Shown piece by piece: positions 1-8,418 of a stretch of DNA of 55,776 nucleotides. Within the stretch, counting starts at the first letter, position 1, and each line of letters starts with the position of its first letter. Origin of the DNA: Fusobacterium sp. (GTDB lineage Bacteria; Fusobacteriota; Fusobacteriia; Fusobacteriales; Fusobacteriaceae); assembly GCA_019410665.1 (NCBI GenBank), contig DXSD01000001.1, positions 1 to 55,776 on the forward strand. Reading direction: 5' to 3'. Made by a program: the position numbers and the translations under genes. A model generated the notes under the pieces. The model saw only the letters and a program-made list of their open reading frames with translations. It was not told the DNA's origin and made no database searches.

Positions 1-14
1 TTTATATTGTTTTT

Positions 15-45
15 AAGTCACAGTTTTAGTAACTGTGACTTTTTT
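15..45 (+). terminator. Rho-independent terminator of a gene upstream of the window
   Basis: Perfect 11-bp stem AAGTCACAGTT/AACTGTGACTT, 5-nt loop, T-tract. Confidence 0.8.
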
Positions 46-256
46 GTTTTTATTAAAAAATAAGAAAAATATATTTTATAAATATATATAAAAAAATTAT
101 ATATATAAATTGACGAAATAATATATTATACTAATGATAAAAAAATAATATAGAAAAAAAATATCTATCATATATAATACTGATATTTGATTTTTCTATA
201 ATCATGAAGTATATAGATATTAAATAAATAAAGCTTAAATTTCTTAGGAGGAAAAG

Positions 257-1561
257 ATGAAATATTTTGGAACAATGAAAAATGAAGATGGAGTTTTATC
301 TATAGGGGGAGTTAAAGTAACAGAATTGGCTAAAGAGTATAAGACACCTCTATATATTATGGATCAAGAATTAATTGAAGAGAATATGAGAACTTATAAA
401 GAAAATTTTAAAAGTGATAAGTTTGATACTCAGATAGTATATGCTTCTAAAGCTTTCTTAGCAAAGGCAATGTGTCAATTAGTAGAAAAATATGATATGG
501 ATATAGATGCAGTATCTGGGGGAGAACTATATACAATAAAAGCTAGTGGACTTCCAATGTCCAGAGTACATATGCATGGAAATAATAAAACTATGGAAGA
601 GCTTGAGATGTGTTTAGATTATGAAATAGGAAGCATCATAATAGATAATGAAGTAGAAATAGAAAATTTATCAAAGGTTTGTGCAGAGAAAAACAGAAAA
701 ATGAAAGTTATGTTAAGAGTAAATATAGGAATAGATGCACATACTCATGAATATATTAGAACATCAAAGCATACTTCAAAATTTGGAGAATCAATTTTTG
801 ATGAAAAATTGGTGGGAATAGTAAAGAAAATAGTAGAGGATAAAAATTTAGAATTTTTAGGATTTCATTGTCACATAGGTTCACAAATTTTTGATACAAA
901 GGCTTTCTTAGAGGCCATTGAATCAATGGTAGTTGAAACTAAGAAAATTTCAGATATTTTAAATATTGAGATACCTGAAATAAATTTAGGTGGAGGATTT
1001 GGAGTTTACTATACAGAAAATGATACAGCTATAGATGTTAAAAATTTTATGAGAGTGATGATAGAGCATCTTGAAAAATCATTGGAAAAACACGAATTAA
1101 ATATTAAAAAGGTTTCTATAGAACCTGGAAGAAGTATAGTAGGAAATGCAGGAAGTACACTATACACTATTGGAGGATATAAAAATACTTATGGTGGAGT
1201 TAAATATATGTTTATTGATGGAGGAATGACAGATAATATTAGACCTGCACTATATCAAGCTGAGTATGATGGAGTAATAGCTAATAAATTAAATGAAGAG
1301 GAAAAAGAAGTAGTGACAGTTGCTGGAAAATGTTGTGAGTCTGGAGATCTAATTATAAAAAATAGAGAGTTACCAAAGGGAGAAAAGGGAGATTTATTAT
1401 TAGTAACTACAACAGGAGCTTATGGATACTCTATGGCAAGTAACTATAATAAATTACAAAGACCAGCAGTTGTATTTGTAAAAAATGGTAAAAGTTCATT
1501 GGCTATTAGAAGAGAAAGTTATGAGGATTTAGTTAAAAATGACTTAGCAATTGAGTTATAA
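257..1561 (+). CDS. lysA: Diaminopimelate decarboxylase
   Basis: YASKAF (PLP Lys), HCHIGSQ, EPGRS, CCESGD, GAYGYSMASNYN; AGGAGG RBS. Confidence 0.95.
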   Translation: MKYFGTMKNEDGVLSIGGVKVTELAKEYKTPLYIMDQELIEENMRTYKENFKSDKFDTQIVYASKAFLAKAMCQLVEKYDMDIDAVSGGELYTIKASGLPMSRVHMHGNNKTMEELEMCLDYEIGSIIIDNEVEIENLSKVCAEKNRKMKVMLRVNIGIDAHTHEYIRTSKHTSKFGESIFDEKLVGIVKKIVEDKNLEFLGFHCHIGSQIFDTKAFLEAIESMVVETKKISDILNIEIPEINLGGGFGVYYTENDTAIDVKNFMRVMIEHLEKSLEKHELNIKKVSIEPGRSIVGNAGSTLYTIGGYKNTYGGVKYMFIDGGMTDNIRPALYQAEYDGVIANKLNEEEKEVVTVAGKCCESGDLIIKNRELPKGEKGDLLLVTTTGAYGYSMASNYNKLQRPAVVFVKNGKSSLAIRRESYEDLVKNDLAIEL

Positions 1562-1624
1562 TTCTAAAAAAATGAATTTTGAATATAGATAGAAACTATG
1601 AAATAAAAGATATATTTAATAGTA

Positions 1625-1685
1625 AGTATGAACAAAAAAATAATTATTTTGAGTAATAGTAAAAAAGAAAAATTTCCTTTAAAAT
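1625..1685 (+). promoter_or_regulatory. Putative regulator site AGTATGAACAAAAAAAT plus -10-like TAAAAT upstream of dapF
   Basis: Same 17-mer at 4036 with the same 55-nt offset to a -10-like hexamer. Confidence 0.45.
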
Positions 1686-1717
1686 GGATAAAGAAATATA
1701 AAAAAATGGAGGAAGTT

Positions 1718-2554
1718 ATGAAGTTTTCAAAATTACAAGCAGCAGGAAATGATTTTATTTTAGTAAATGGAATAGAGTATCCAAACTTAGACTTAGGAGT
1801 TATAGCAAAAAAAGTTTGTGATAGACATTTTGGAATAGGGGCAGATGGACTTATGACCTGTGAAAAGAGTGAGATAGCAGATATTAAAATGAATTACTAT
1901 AACTCTGATGGGTCTAGAGGAGAGATGTGTGGAAATGGAATTAGATGTTTTTCAAAATTTGTCTATGATATTGGAGTAGTTAGAAAAGAAAAATTTTCAG
2001 TAGAAACAGATGCAGGAATAAAATATATAACTCTTACTTTAGAAAATAAAGGAGTAAAATATATAGAGGTAGATATGGGGCAGGTTGATTTTAGATCAAA
2101 ATCAGTTCCATGTACAATTGATAAAGAGTTTGTATTTGAAGAGGAATTAGAAGTGGAGGGACAAATACTAAAATTTTCTTCAGTCTTAATGGGAGTACCT
2201 CATACAGTAGTTTTTGTAGATGATTATAGTAATTATGATGTGGATAAATTAGGAAACTCAATGGAACATAATCTTAAATTATTTCCAAGAAAGACTAATG
2301 TAAACTTTATAAAGGTATTAGATGATGAAAATATAGAGATAAAAACTTGGGAAAGAGGTGCTTCAAGAACTTTAGGATGTGGAACAGGTTGTTGTTCATC
2401 AGCTGCAGTAGCTCATAAATTAGGAAAGATAAAAGGAAATAAGGTTAGATTGATAACAGAAGGGGGAGAGGTATTTGTAGAGTTAGATGAAGAGTATAAC
2501 ATCTTGATGAAAGGTAGTGCAGAAACAATTTGTAATGGAGAGTTTTTAAAATAA
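1718..2554 (+). CDS. dapF: Diaminopimelate epimerase (start moved from 1628 to ATG 1718)
   Basis: MKFSKLQAAGNDF N-terminus, DRHFGIGADG, EMCGNG and TLGCGTG catalytic Cys motifs; GGAGG RBS before 1718. Confidence 0.93.
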   Translation: MKFSKLQAAGNDFILVNGIEYPNLDLGVIAKKVCDRHFGIGADGLMTCEKSEIADIKMNYYNSDGSRGEMCGNGIRCFSKFVYDIGVVRKEKFSVETDAGIKYITLTLENKGVKYIEVDMGQVDFRSKSVPCTIDKEFVFEEELEVEGQILKFSSVLMGVPHTVVFVDDYSNYDVDKLGNSMEHNLKLFPRKTNVNFIKVLDDENIEIKTWERGASRTLGCGTGCCSSAAVAHKLGKIKGNKVRLITEGGEVFVELDEEYNILMKGSAETICNGEFLK

Positions 2555-2572
2555 CTTAAGGAGGAAAGAGAT

Positions 2573-3811
2573 ATGGAAAACACGAATAAAAAAAGTATAT
2601 GGGAAGCTTATAGATTTTCAATAATATTACTAGGAGCTATATTTTTAGGAAGTATTATTGGAATAGTTTTTGGAGAGAAAGCAAAAATATTGAAACCTTT
2701 CGGAGATCTTTTTATTAATGGTATGTTTACAATAGTTGTTCCATTGGTATTGGTTACAATCAGTAGTTCAATCTCTAGTATGAATGATATGAAGAGATTA
2801 AAAAGTATATTGAAAAATCTTATTTTAGTATTTGTATCAACTGGAGCAGTAGCAGCTGTTATTATACTGATTATTGTAAATATTTTTCCACCAGCTCAAG
2901 GAGTTCAATTGAATCTCACAACAGCAGATGCATTACAACCTTTCCAAACTGGAGAACAGATAGTAAAAGCTATTACTGTTACAGATTTTCCAGAGTTAAT
3001 CTCTAGAAAAAATATGTTACCACTAATAATATTTTCTATTATTTTTGGATTGTGTATAAATATGGTAGGAGAGAAGGGAAGACCAATAGCTCAAGGTTTA
3101 GAAGCTCTGTCAGAAGTTTTTCTAAAGATGATAGGATTACTTATGTATTATGCACCAATTGGTTTAGGAGCATATTTTGCTTCATTAGTTGGAGAGTATG
3201 GAAAAGAGTTATTAGGGTCTTATACAAGAGCTATGTTAATATACTATCCATTATGTTTAGCATATTTCTTTTTGATGTTTCCAGTTTATGGGTATATAGC
3301 AGCAGGAAAAGAGGGAGTAAGAGCTATGAAAAACTTAGTTTCTCCAGCTATTACTTCTATAGCTACTCAAAGTAGTATAGCTACACTTCCAGTTAACTTA
3401 GAAGCAGCTAGAAAAATAGGAGTACCTAAAGATATAAGAGAGATAGTTTTACCTATAGGAGCTACAGCTCATATGGATGGAACAGTGTTTAGTTCGATCT
3501 TAAAGATTTCATTCCTATTTGGAATATTCAATGTTCCTTTTGAAGGGATAGGGACGTATGTAAGTGCAATAATTTTATCAATACTTAGTGGAGTTGTAAT
3601 GTCAGGAGTTCCAGGGGGAGGACTTATTGGTGAGATGCTGATAGTGACTATGTATGGATTCCCAGCAGAGGCATTTCCAATAATAGTTACTATAGGATAC
3701 TTAGTAGATCCACCAGCAACTATGATAAATGCTACTGGAGATACAGTTGCAGCTATGTTAGTAACAAGAATAGTAGAAGGAAAAGATTGGATAAAGAAAA
3801 ATTTAGGTTAA
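2573..3811 (+). CDS. Dicarboxylate/amino acid:cation symporter (DAACS family)
   Basis: Multiple TM segments; TQSSIATLP, LPIGATAHMDG, SGVPGGG, TMINATGD motifs. Confidence 0.9.
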   Translation: MENTNKKSIWEAYRFSIILLGAIFLGSIIGIVFGEKAKILKPFGDLFINGMFTIVVPLVLVTISSSISSMNDMKRLKSILKNLILVFVSTGAVAAVIILIIVNIFPPAQGVQLNLTTADALQPFQTGEQIVKAITVTDFPELISRKNMLPLIIFSIIFGLCINMVGEKGRPIAQGLEALSEVFLKMIGLLMYYAPIGLGAYFASLVGEYGKELLGSYTRAMLIYYPLCLAYFFLMFPVYGYIAAGKEGVRAMKNLVSPAITSIATQSSIATLPVNLEAARKIGVPKDIREIVLPIGATAHMDGTVFSSILKISFLFGIFNVPFEGIGTYVSAIILSILSGVVMSGVPGGGLIGEMLIVTMYGFPAEAFPIIVTIGYLVDPPATMINATGDTVAAMLVTRIVEGKDWIKKNLG

Positions 3812-3892
3812 TGAAAATAATTTTTTCAATAATAAAGTAGCAATAGGAAAATTTGTTTTTCTTCTAAAAAGCATAATAAATTTTATGGAAAT

Positions 3893-3957
3893 AAAAAACT
3901 CTCTTGATTATTAATGAATTATAAGTCATAATTTAATTAATAGTAGGAGAGTTTTTT
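3893..3957 (+). terminator. Long imperfect hairpin, probable terminator after dapF-symporter
   Basis: AAAAAACTCTCT...ATTATTAAT / ATTAATAGT...AGGAGAGTTTTTT inverted repeat. Confidence 0.65.
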
Positions 3958-3981
3958 CTTTTCTAGAAATATTATTCAAAG

Positions 3982-4103
3982 AGTATGAACAAAAATTTAT
4001 ACTTAATTATTTAAAATCAAAGAATAAATAAAAAAAGTATGAACAAAAAAATAAATAAATTGAAGTGTGGGAAAAGTTTAAAATTTTGGTTACAATATAT
4101 AAT
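3982..4103 (+). promoter_or_regulatory. Two AGTATGAACAAAAA motifs (3982, 4036) and -10-like hexamers (TACAAT 4091, TATAAT 4098) upstream of the amidohydrolase operon
   Basis: Direct repeats seen in sequence; third copy at 1625. Confidence 0.45.
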
Positions 4104-4127
4104 AGAGAAAAGTAAGGGGGGAGAAAG

Positions 4128-5306
4128 TTGAAAGAGGAAATAAGAAAGAGAGTTACAGAGTTTGAAAAATGGCTTATTGATGTACGGCGAGATTTTCATT
4201 CATATCCAGAGCTAGGCCAAAAAGAGTATAGAACAATGGAGAAAATATGTGAATATTTAGATGAAATGAAAATAAAGTACAGAAGTAAAGTATTTAAAAC
4301 AGGGGTAATAGCAGATATCGAGGGAAAGGATAAAGGGTACACCATTGCTATTAGAGCTGATATTGATGCTCTTCCTATTCAAGATAAGAAAAATTGTAGT
4401 TATTCATCAAAAAATGAGGGAGTATGCCATGCTTGTGGGCATGATGCTCATACAACAATTGCTCTGGGAGTAGCAAAATATTTTTCTGAATCAGGAGAAT
4501 TACCCCCATGTAATATAAGAATTTTATTCCAACCTGCAGAAGAAACAGTTGGTGGAGCTAAGCCAATGATAGAAGAGGGAGCTTTAGAAGGTGTAAATTG
4601 TGTTTTTGGATTACATGTAGATGAGTATTTGGAAATAGGAAAAATTGGAATAAAGTATGGAGCTATGAATGCTTCTTCTGATACTTTAAAAATAAAAATA
4701 AAAGGGAAATCATGTCATGGAGCATATCCAAGTGATGGGGTAGATGCAATTATGGTTGCTTCTCATGTTATGGTGGCACTACAATCAATTGTAAGTAGAA
4801 ATATAGATGCTAGAGAAAATGGGGTAATAACTTTAGGAACTATACATGGAGGAACCCAAGGAAATATAGTAGCAGAAGAAGTTGAATTAGTTGGAACTTT
4901 AAGAACTCTTGATCCTGAAGTAAGGAAAAAGATGTTAAAAAGAATAGAGGAGATTGTAACAACATTACCTATTGCTTTTGGTGGAAGTGGAGAGTTTATA
5001 CGAGAAGAGGGATATACTGCTCTCATAAACCATGATAAAGAGGTCGATATAGTAAGAAAGAATGGAGAAAGTTTATTGGGAGCAGAAAATATTTTTGAAA
5101 AGAAATTAGCAAATATGGGAGTAGAGGATTTTGCATATTTCATAGAAAATACTCCTGGAGCTTTTTATACTTTAGGTATTAAAAATATAGCAAAAGGGAT
5201 AGATGCTCCAGCACATAATGGTAACTTTGATATAGATGAAGAAGCTTTAAAAATAGGAGTAATGTTACAATTAATGAATATCTATTTAAAATATGAGGAA
5301 AAATAA
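4128..5306 (+). CDS. M20D-family amidohydrolase/peptidase (TTG start)
   Basis: RRDFHSYPELG, RADIDALP, HACGHDAH, FQPAEE, EDF, HNGNFDIDEEAL. Confidence 0.9.
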   Translation: MKEEIRKRVTEFEKWLIDVRRDFHSYPELGQKEYRTMEKICEYLDEMKIKYRSKVFKTGVIADIEGKDKGYTIAIRADIDALPIQDKKNCSYSSKNEGVCHACGHDAHTTIALGVAKYFSESGELPPCNIRILFQPAEETVGGAKPMIEEGALEGVNCVFGLHVDEYLEIGKIGIKYGAMNASSDTLKIKIKGKSCHGAYPSDGVDAIMVASHVMVALQSIVSRNIDARENGVITLGTIHGGTQGNIVAEEVELVGTLRTLDPEVRKKMLKRIEEIVTTLPIAFGGSGEFIREEGYTALINHDKEVDIVRKNGESLLGAENIFEKKLANMGVEDFAYFIENTPGAFYTLGIKNIAKGIDAPAHNGNFDIDEEALKIGVMLQLMNIYLKYEEK

Positions 5307-5317
5307 GGAGGAACAAA

Positions 5318-5914
5318 ATGATAAACATAATTTGGGCAGCATTAATAATCATAGGAATCTTGGTAGGAATTTTTACTGGAAATGTACAAGGAGTAACAGA
5401 CTCAGCAATTTCATCAGCAGGAACAGCTGTAACACTTTCTTTAGAGATGATAGGAATAATGGCATTATGGTTAGGGCTTATGAAAGTTGCAGAAGAGGCT
5501 GGAATGGTAAAGGCAATGGGAAATTTAGTAAAACCAATAATGGTAAAATTGTTTCCAGAAGTGCCAGCAGATCACCCAGCAATGGGAAGTATGGTAGCAA
5601 ATATGGCAGCAAACTTTTTTGGACTGGGAAATGCAGCTACACCATTAGGAATAAAAGCTATGCAAGAGTTACAAGAACTTAATCCAAATAAAGAGGAAGC
5701 TTCAAATTCAATGGTTATGTTTTTAGCTATAAATACATCGTCAGTAACTCTTATATCATCAAGTGTTATTGCATATAGGGTTGCAGCAGGATCAGCTAAT
5801 GCCACAGAGGTAATAGCCCCAACAATTGTAGCAACAATAGCGTCAACAACAGTTGCAATAATAGCATGTAAAATTTTAGAAAAACTACCAAAATATAAGA
5901 GAGAGAATAACTAA
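5318..5914 (+). CDS. spmA: SpmA-like nucleoside-recognition (Gate) domain membrane protein
   Basis: WLGLMKVAEEAG, LFPEVPADHPA, ANFFGLGNAATPLGIKAMQELQ. Confidence 0.85.
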   Translation: MINIIWAALIIIGILVGIFTGNVQGVTDSAISSAGTAVTLSLEMIGIMALWLGLMKVAEEAGMVKAMGNLVKPIMVKLFPEVPADHPAMGSMVANMAANFFGLGNAATPLGIKAMQELQELNPNKEEASNSMVMFLAINTSSVTLISSSVIAYRVAAGSANATEVIAPTIVATIASTTVAIIACKILEKLPKYKRENN

Positions 5915-5934
5915 GGAATAAGGGGAGGATAAAA

Positions 5935-6474
5935 ATGTTTATACAAATAATGGAGAAAATTTCACTTTATGCAATACCAGTAATAATATTAGTAATAGTA
6001 GGTTATGCGTCAATTGTAAAGAAAATAAAAGTTTATGAAGTGTTCTGTGAAGGAGCTAAAGAGGGATTTAATACAGCAATTAGAATAATTCCATTCTTAA
6101 CTGCTATGTTAGTTGCAATAGGTATATTTAGAGCTTCTGGATGTATAGATATAATGACAAAAATTCTAGATCCTATTCTTTCAATAATTGGAATGCCGGG
6201 AGAAGTATTACCAATGGCGATTTTAAGACCTCTATCAGGGGGAGGAGCTACTGGGGTTATGAATGATCTAATGTTAACATATGGACCAGATTCATTAATA
6301 GGAAGAATAGCTTCTACTATGATGGGATCAACTGAGACTACATTCTATGTTTTAGCTGTATATTTTGGGGCAGTAAGCATAAGAAAAACAAGACATGCTG
6401 TAACAGCAGGATTATTAGCAGATGCTGCAGGACTTTTAACAGCTGTATGGATTTGTAGAATTATGTTTGCATAA
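5935..6474 (+). CDS. spmB: SpmB-like membrane protein
   Basis: VYEVFCEGAKEG, LRPLSGGGA, GSTETTFYVLAVYFGAV; follows spmA-like gene. Confidence 0.85.
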   Translation: MFIQIMEKISLYAIPVIILVIVGYASIVKKIKVYEVFCEGAKEGFNTAIRIIPFLTAMLVAIGIFRASGCIDIMTKILDPILSIIGMPGEVLPMAILRPLSGGGATGVMNDLMLTYGPDSLIGRIASTMMGSTETTFYVLAVYFGAVSIRKTRHAVTAGLLADAAGLLTAVWICRIMFA

Positions 6475-6489
6475 TTAGGGGGAAATTAT

Positions 6490-7398
6490 ATGAAAAAGCT
6501 AAAAAAAGGGAGTAGAATTGGAATAGTAGCTCCAGCTAGTTATACAGACTTTAAAAACGTAATTGAAGCTAAAAAGAATTTAGAATCTTTAGGATATGAA
6601 GTTGTTCTAGGAGAGTGCACAAAGAAAAAATGGTATTCTTATGCTGGAGAGGATAGAGAGAGAGCAGAGGAGATAAATAGTTTTTTTGCTAATGATAGTA
6701 TAGATATTATCATGTGTATGCGTGGTGGTTATGGTTGTAACAGAATGATTGAGTATTTAGATCTAGAAGTGATAAAAAATAACCCTAAACCATTTATTGG
6801 ATATAGTGATATAACAACTTTACACATAGTTTTTAATCAAAAACTAGATATGGTTACTTTCCATGGACCTATGTTTGTAAGTAACTTAAAAGAGAATTAT
6901 AACTTAGATACGTATAAAAACTTTGTTGAAGTATTAAGTGGAGAGAGAACAAAAATTACAAATTTTTCTAAAGAGTTAAAAGCATTAGTAAAGGGAAAAG
7001 CAACTGGAAAATTAGTTGGTGGTAATTTAGCAACTTTAGTAGCAACTTTGGGAAGTGAATATGATCTAGATTATGAAGGAAAGATACTGTTTTTAGAAGA
7101 GATAGGAGAAGAGCCTTATAAAATAGATAGATTTTTAAATATGCTTAAAAAACATGGAGTTTTTAAAAAGGTTAGTGGAATAATTTTAGGAGACTTTAAT
7201 GATTGTGATTCAGATTCTAGCAATCAGATGCCACTAGATGAGGTTATAAAAGATTACTTTGGAGATTTAGAAATTCCAGTAATTTACAATTTAGAATCTG
7301 GGCATTGTGAACCTATGATAACTTTACCTTTAGGAAGTAATATATCTTTAGATAGTGAAAAGTTAGAGATAAGGGTTCTTGATAAGGTTGTAGAATAA
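6490..7398 (+). CDS. S66-family LD-carboxypeptidase (muramoyltetrapeptide carboxypeptidase/MccF-like)
   Basis: RGGYG, GYSDIT (Ser), GGNL, LFLEE (Glu), SGH (His) catalytic triad motifs. Confidence 0.9.
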   Translation: MKKLKKGSRIGIVAPASYTDFKNVIEAKKNLESLGYEVVLGECTKKKWYSYAGEDRERAEEINSFFANDSIDIIMCMRGGYGCNRMIEYLDLEVIKNNPKPFIGYSDITTLHIVFNQKLDMVTFHGPMFVSNLKENYNLDTYKNFVEVLSGERTKITNFSKELKALVKGKATGKLVGGNLATLVATLGSEYDLDYEGKILFLEEIGEEPYKIDRFLNMLKKHGVFKKVSGIILGDFNDCDSDSSNQMPLDEVIKDYFGDLEIPVIYNLESGHCEPMITLPLGSNISLDSEKLEIRVLDKVVE

Positions 7399-7432
7399 GT
7401 GGGATCTTGGATATAGAACTACGGAGGAAGAG

Positions 7433-7991
7433 ATAAGATTTTCAAAATTACAAGTAGCAGGAAATGACTTTATTTTAGTGGATGGATTTGAGTATTCAAA
7501 TTTAGATTTAGAGAGTACAGCAAAAAAACTTTGTGATAGACATTTTTGTATAGGTGCTGATGGACTTATGACCTGTGAAAAGAGTGAGATAGTAGATATC
7601 AAGATGAATTACTATAATTCCGATGGTTCTAGAGGAAAGATATGTGGCAATGGAATTAGATGTTTTTCTAAATTTGTATATGATAATTATATAATGAATA
7701 AGAGTAAGTTTTCTGTTGAAACTGATGCAGGAATAAAATATATAGACCTAACTTTAGAAGCTGGAGCTGTAAAATATATAGCTGTAGATATGGGACAGGT
7801 AGATTTTAGAGCATATCTGTGCCATGTACTATAGGGAAAGAGGAAATTCTAGATGGAGAGTTAGAAGTAGAGGGAAAGAAGTTGAAAATCTCTTCTGTTT
7901 TAATGGGAGTACCTCACACTATGATTTTTGTTGAAAACTATAAAGAGTACGATATAGATACCTTGGGAAGAGCTTTAGAGTATAGTACAGA
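7433..7991 (+). pseudogene. dapF: Degenerate, truncated second dapF paralog
   Basis: Aligns to dapF 5' two-thirds; ATG replaced by ATA at 7433 behind an intact GGAGG; 1-nt frameshift near 7813; C-terminal part with second Cys missing. Confidence 0.85.
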
Positions 7992-8325
7992 TGGTATTGG
8001 TTACAATCAGTAGTTCAATCTTAAAGATTTCATTCCTATTTGGAATATTCAATGTTCCTTTTGAAGGGATAGGGACGTATGTAAGTGCAATAATTTTATC
8101 AATACTTAGTGGAGTTGTAATGTCAGGAGTTCCAGGGGGAGGACTTATTGGTGAGATGCTGATAGTGACTATGTATGGATTCCCAGCAGAGGCATTTCCA
8201 ATAATAGTTACTATAGGATACTTAGTAGATCCACCAGCAACTATGATAAATGCTACTGGAGATACAGTTGCAGCTATGTTAGTAACAAGAATAGTAGAAG
8301 GAAAAGATTGGATTAAGAAGAATTT
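7992..8325 (+). pseudogene. Fragmentary duplicate of the DAACS symporter gene
   Basis: 7992-8021 matches 2745-2774; 8022-8313 matches 3501-3792 (identical by eye). Confidence 0.88.
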
Positions 8326-8335
8326 CAACAGGATA

Positions 8336-8365
8336 AGTGGAGGGCTAAGGCTCTCTATTTTTTTT
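8336..8365 (+). terminator. Probable terminator
   Basis: AGTGGAGGGC-TAAG-GCTCTCTATT stem (with G-U pairs) followed by T-tract. Confidence 0.55.
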
Positions 8366-8375
8366 ACTCATATTA

Positions 8376-8384
8376 TGGTATAAT
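8376..8384 (+). promoter_or_regulatory. Extended -10 promoter for the AAA-nuclease gene
   Basis: TGGTATAAT (TGn-TATAAT) about 35 nt upstream of ATG 8419. Confidence 0.6.
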
Positions 8385-8418
8385 ATGTAGAGGATAAAAG
8401 AAGAAGAGAGGTGTAGAT

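Noticed and set aside
46..256. Possible lysine riboswitch upstream of lysA
   Set aside because: Region is almost pure A/T with no stems or conserved L-box core visible
1628..1717. N-terminal extension of dapF in the ORF track
   Set aside because: ATG 1628 lies inside the repeated motif and has no RBS; homology and GGAGG point to 1718
3052..7602. Short alternative-frame and antisense ORFs (3052-3375, 4017-4199, 4763-5143, 5293-5682, 5572-5805, 7363-7602)
   Set aside because: Overlap well-supported genes, no RBS or recognisable motifs; shadow ORFs
7478..8383. Three separate small genes 7478-7834, 7819-8013, 7991-8383
   Set aside because: They are fragments of the dapF and symporter pseudogenes
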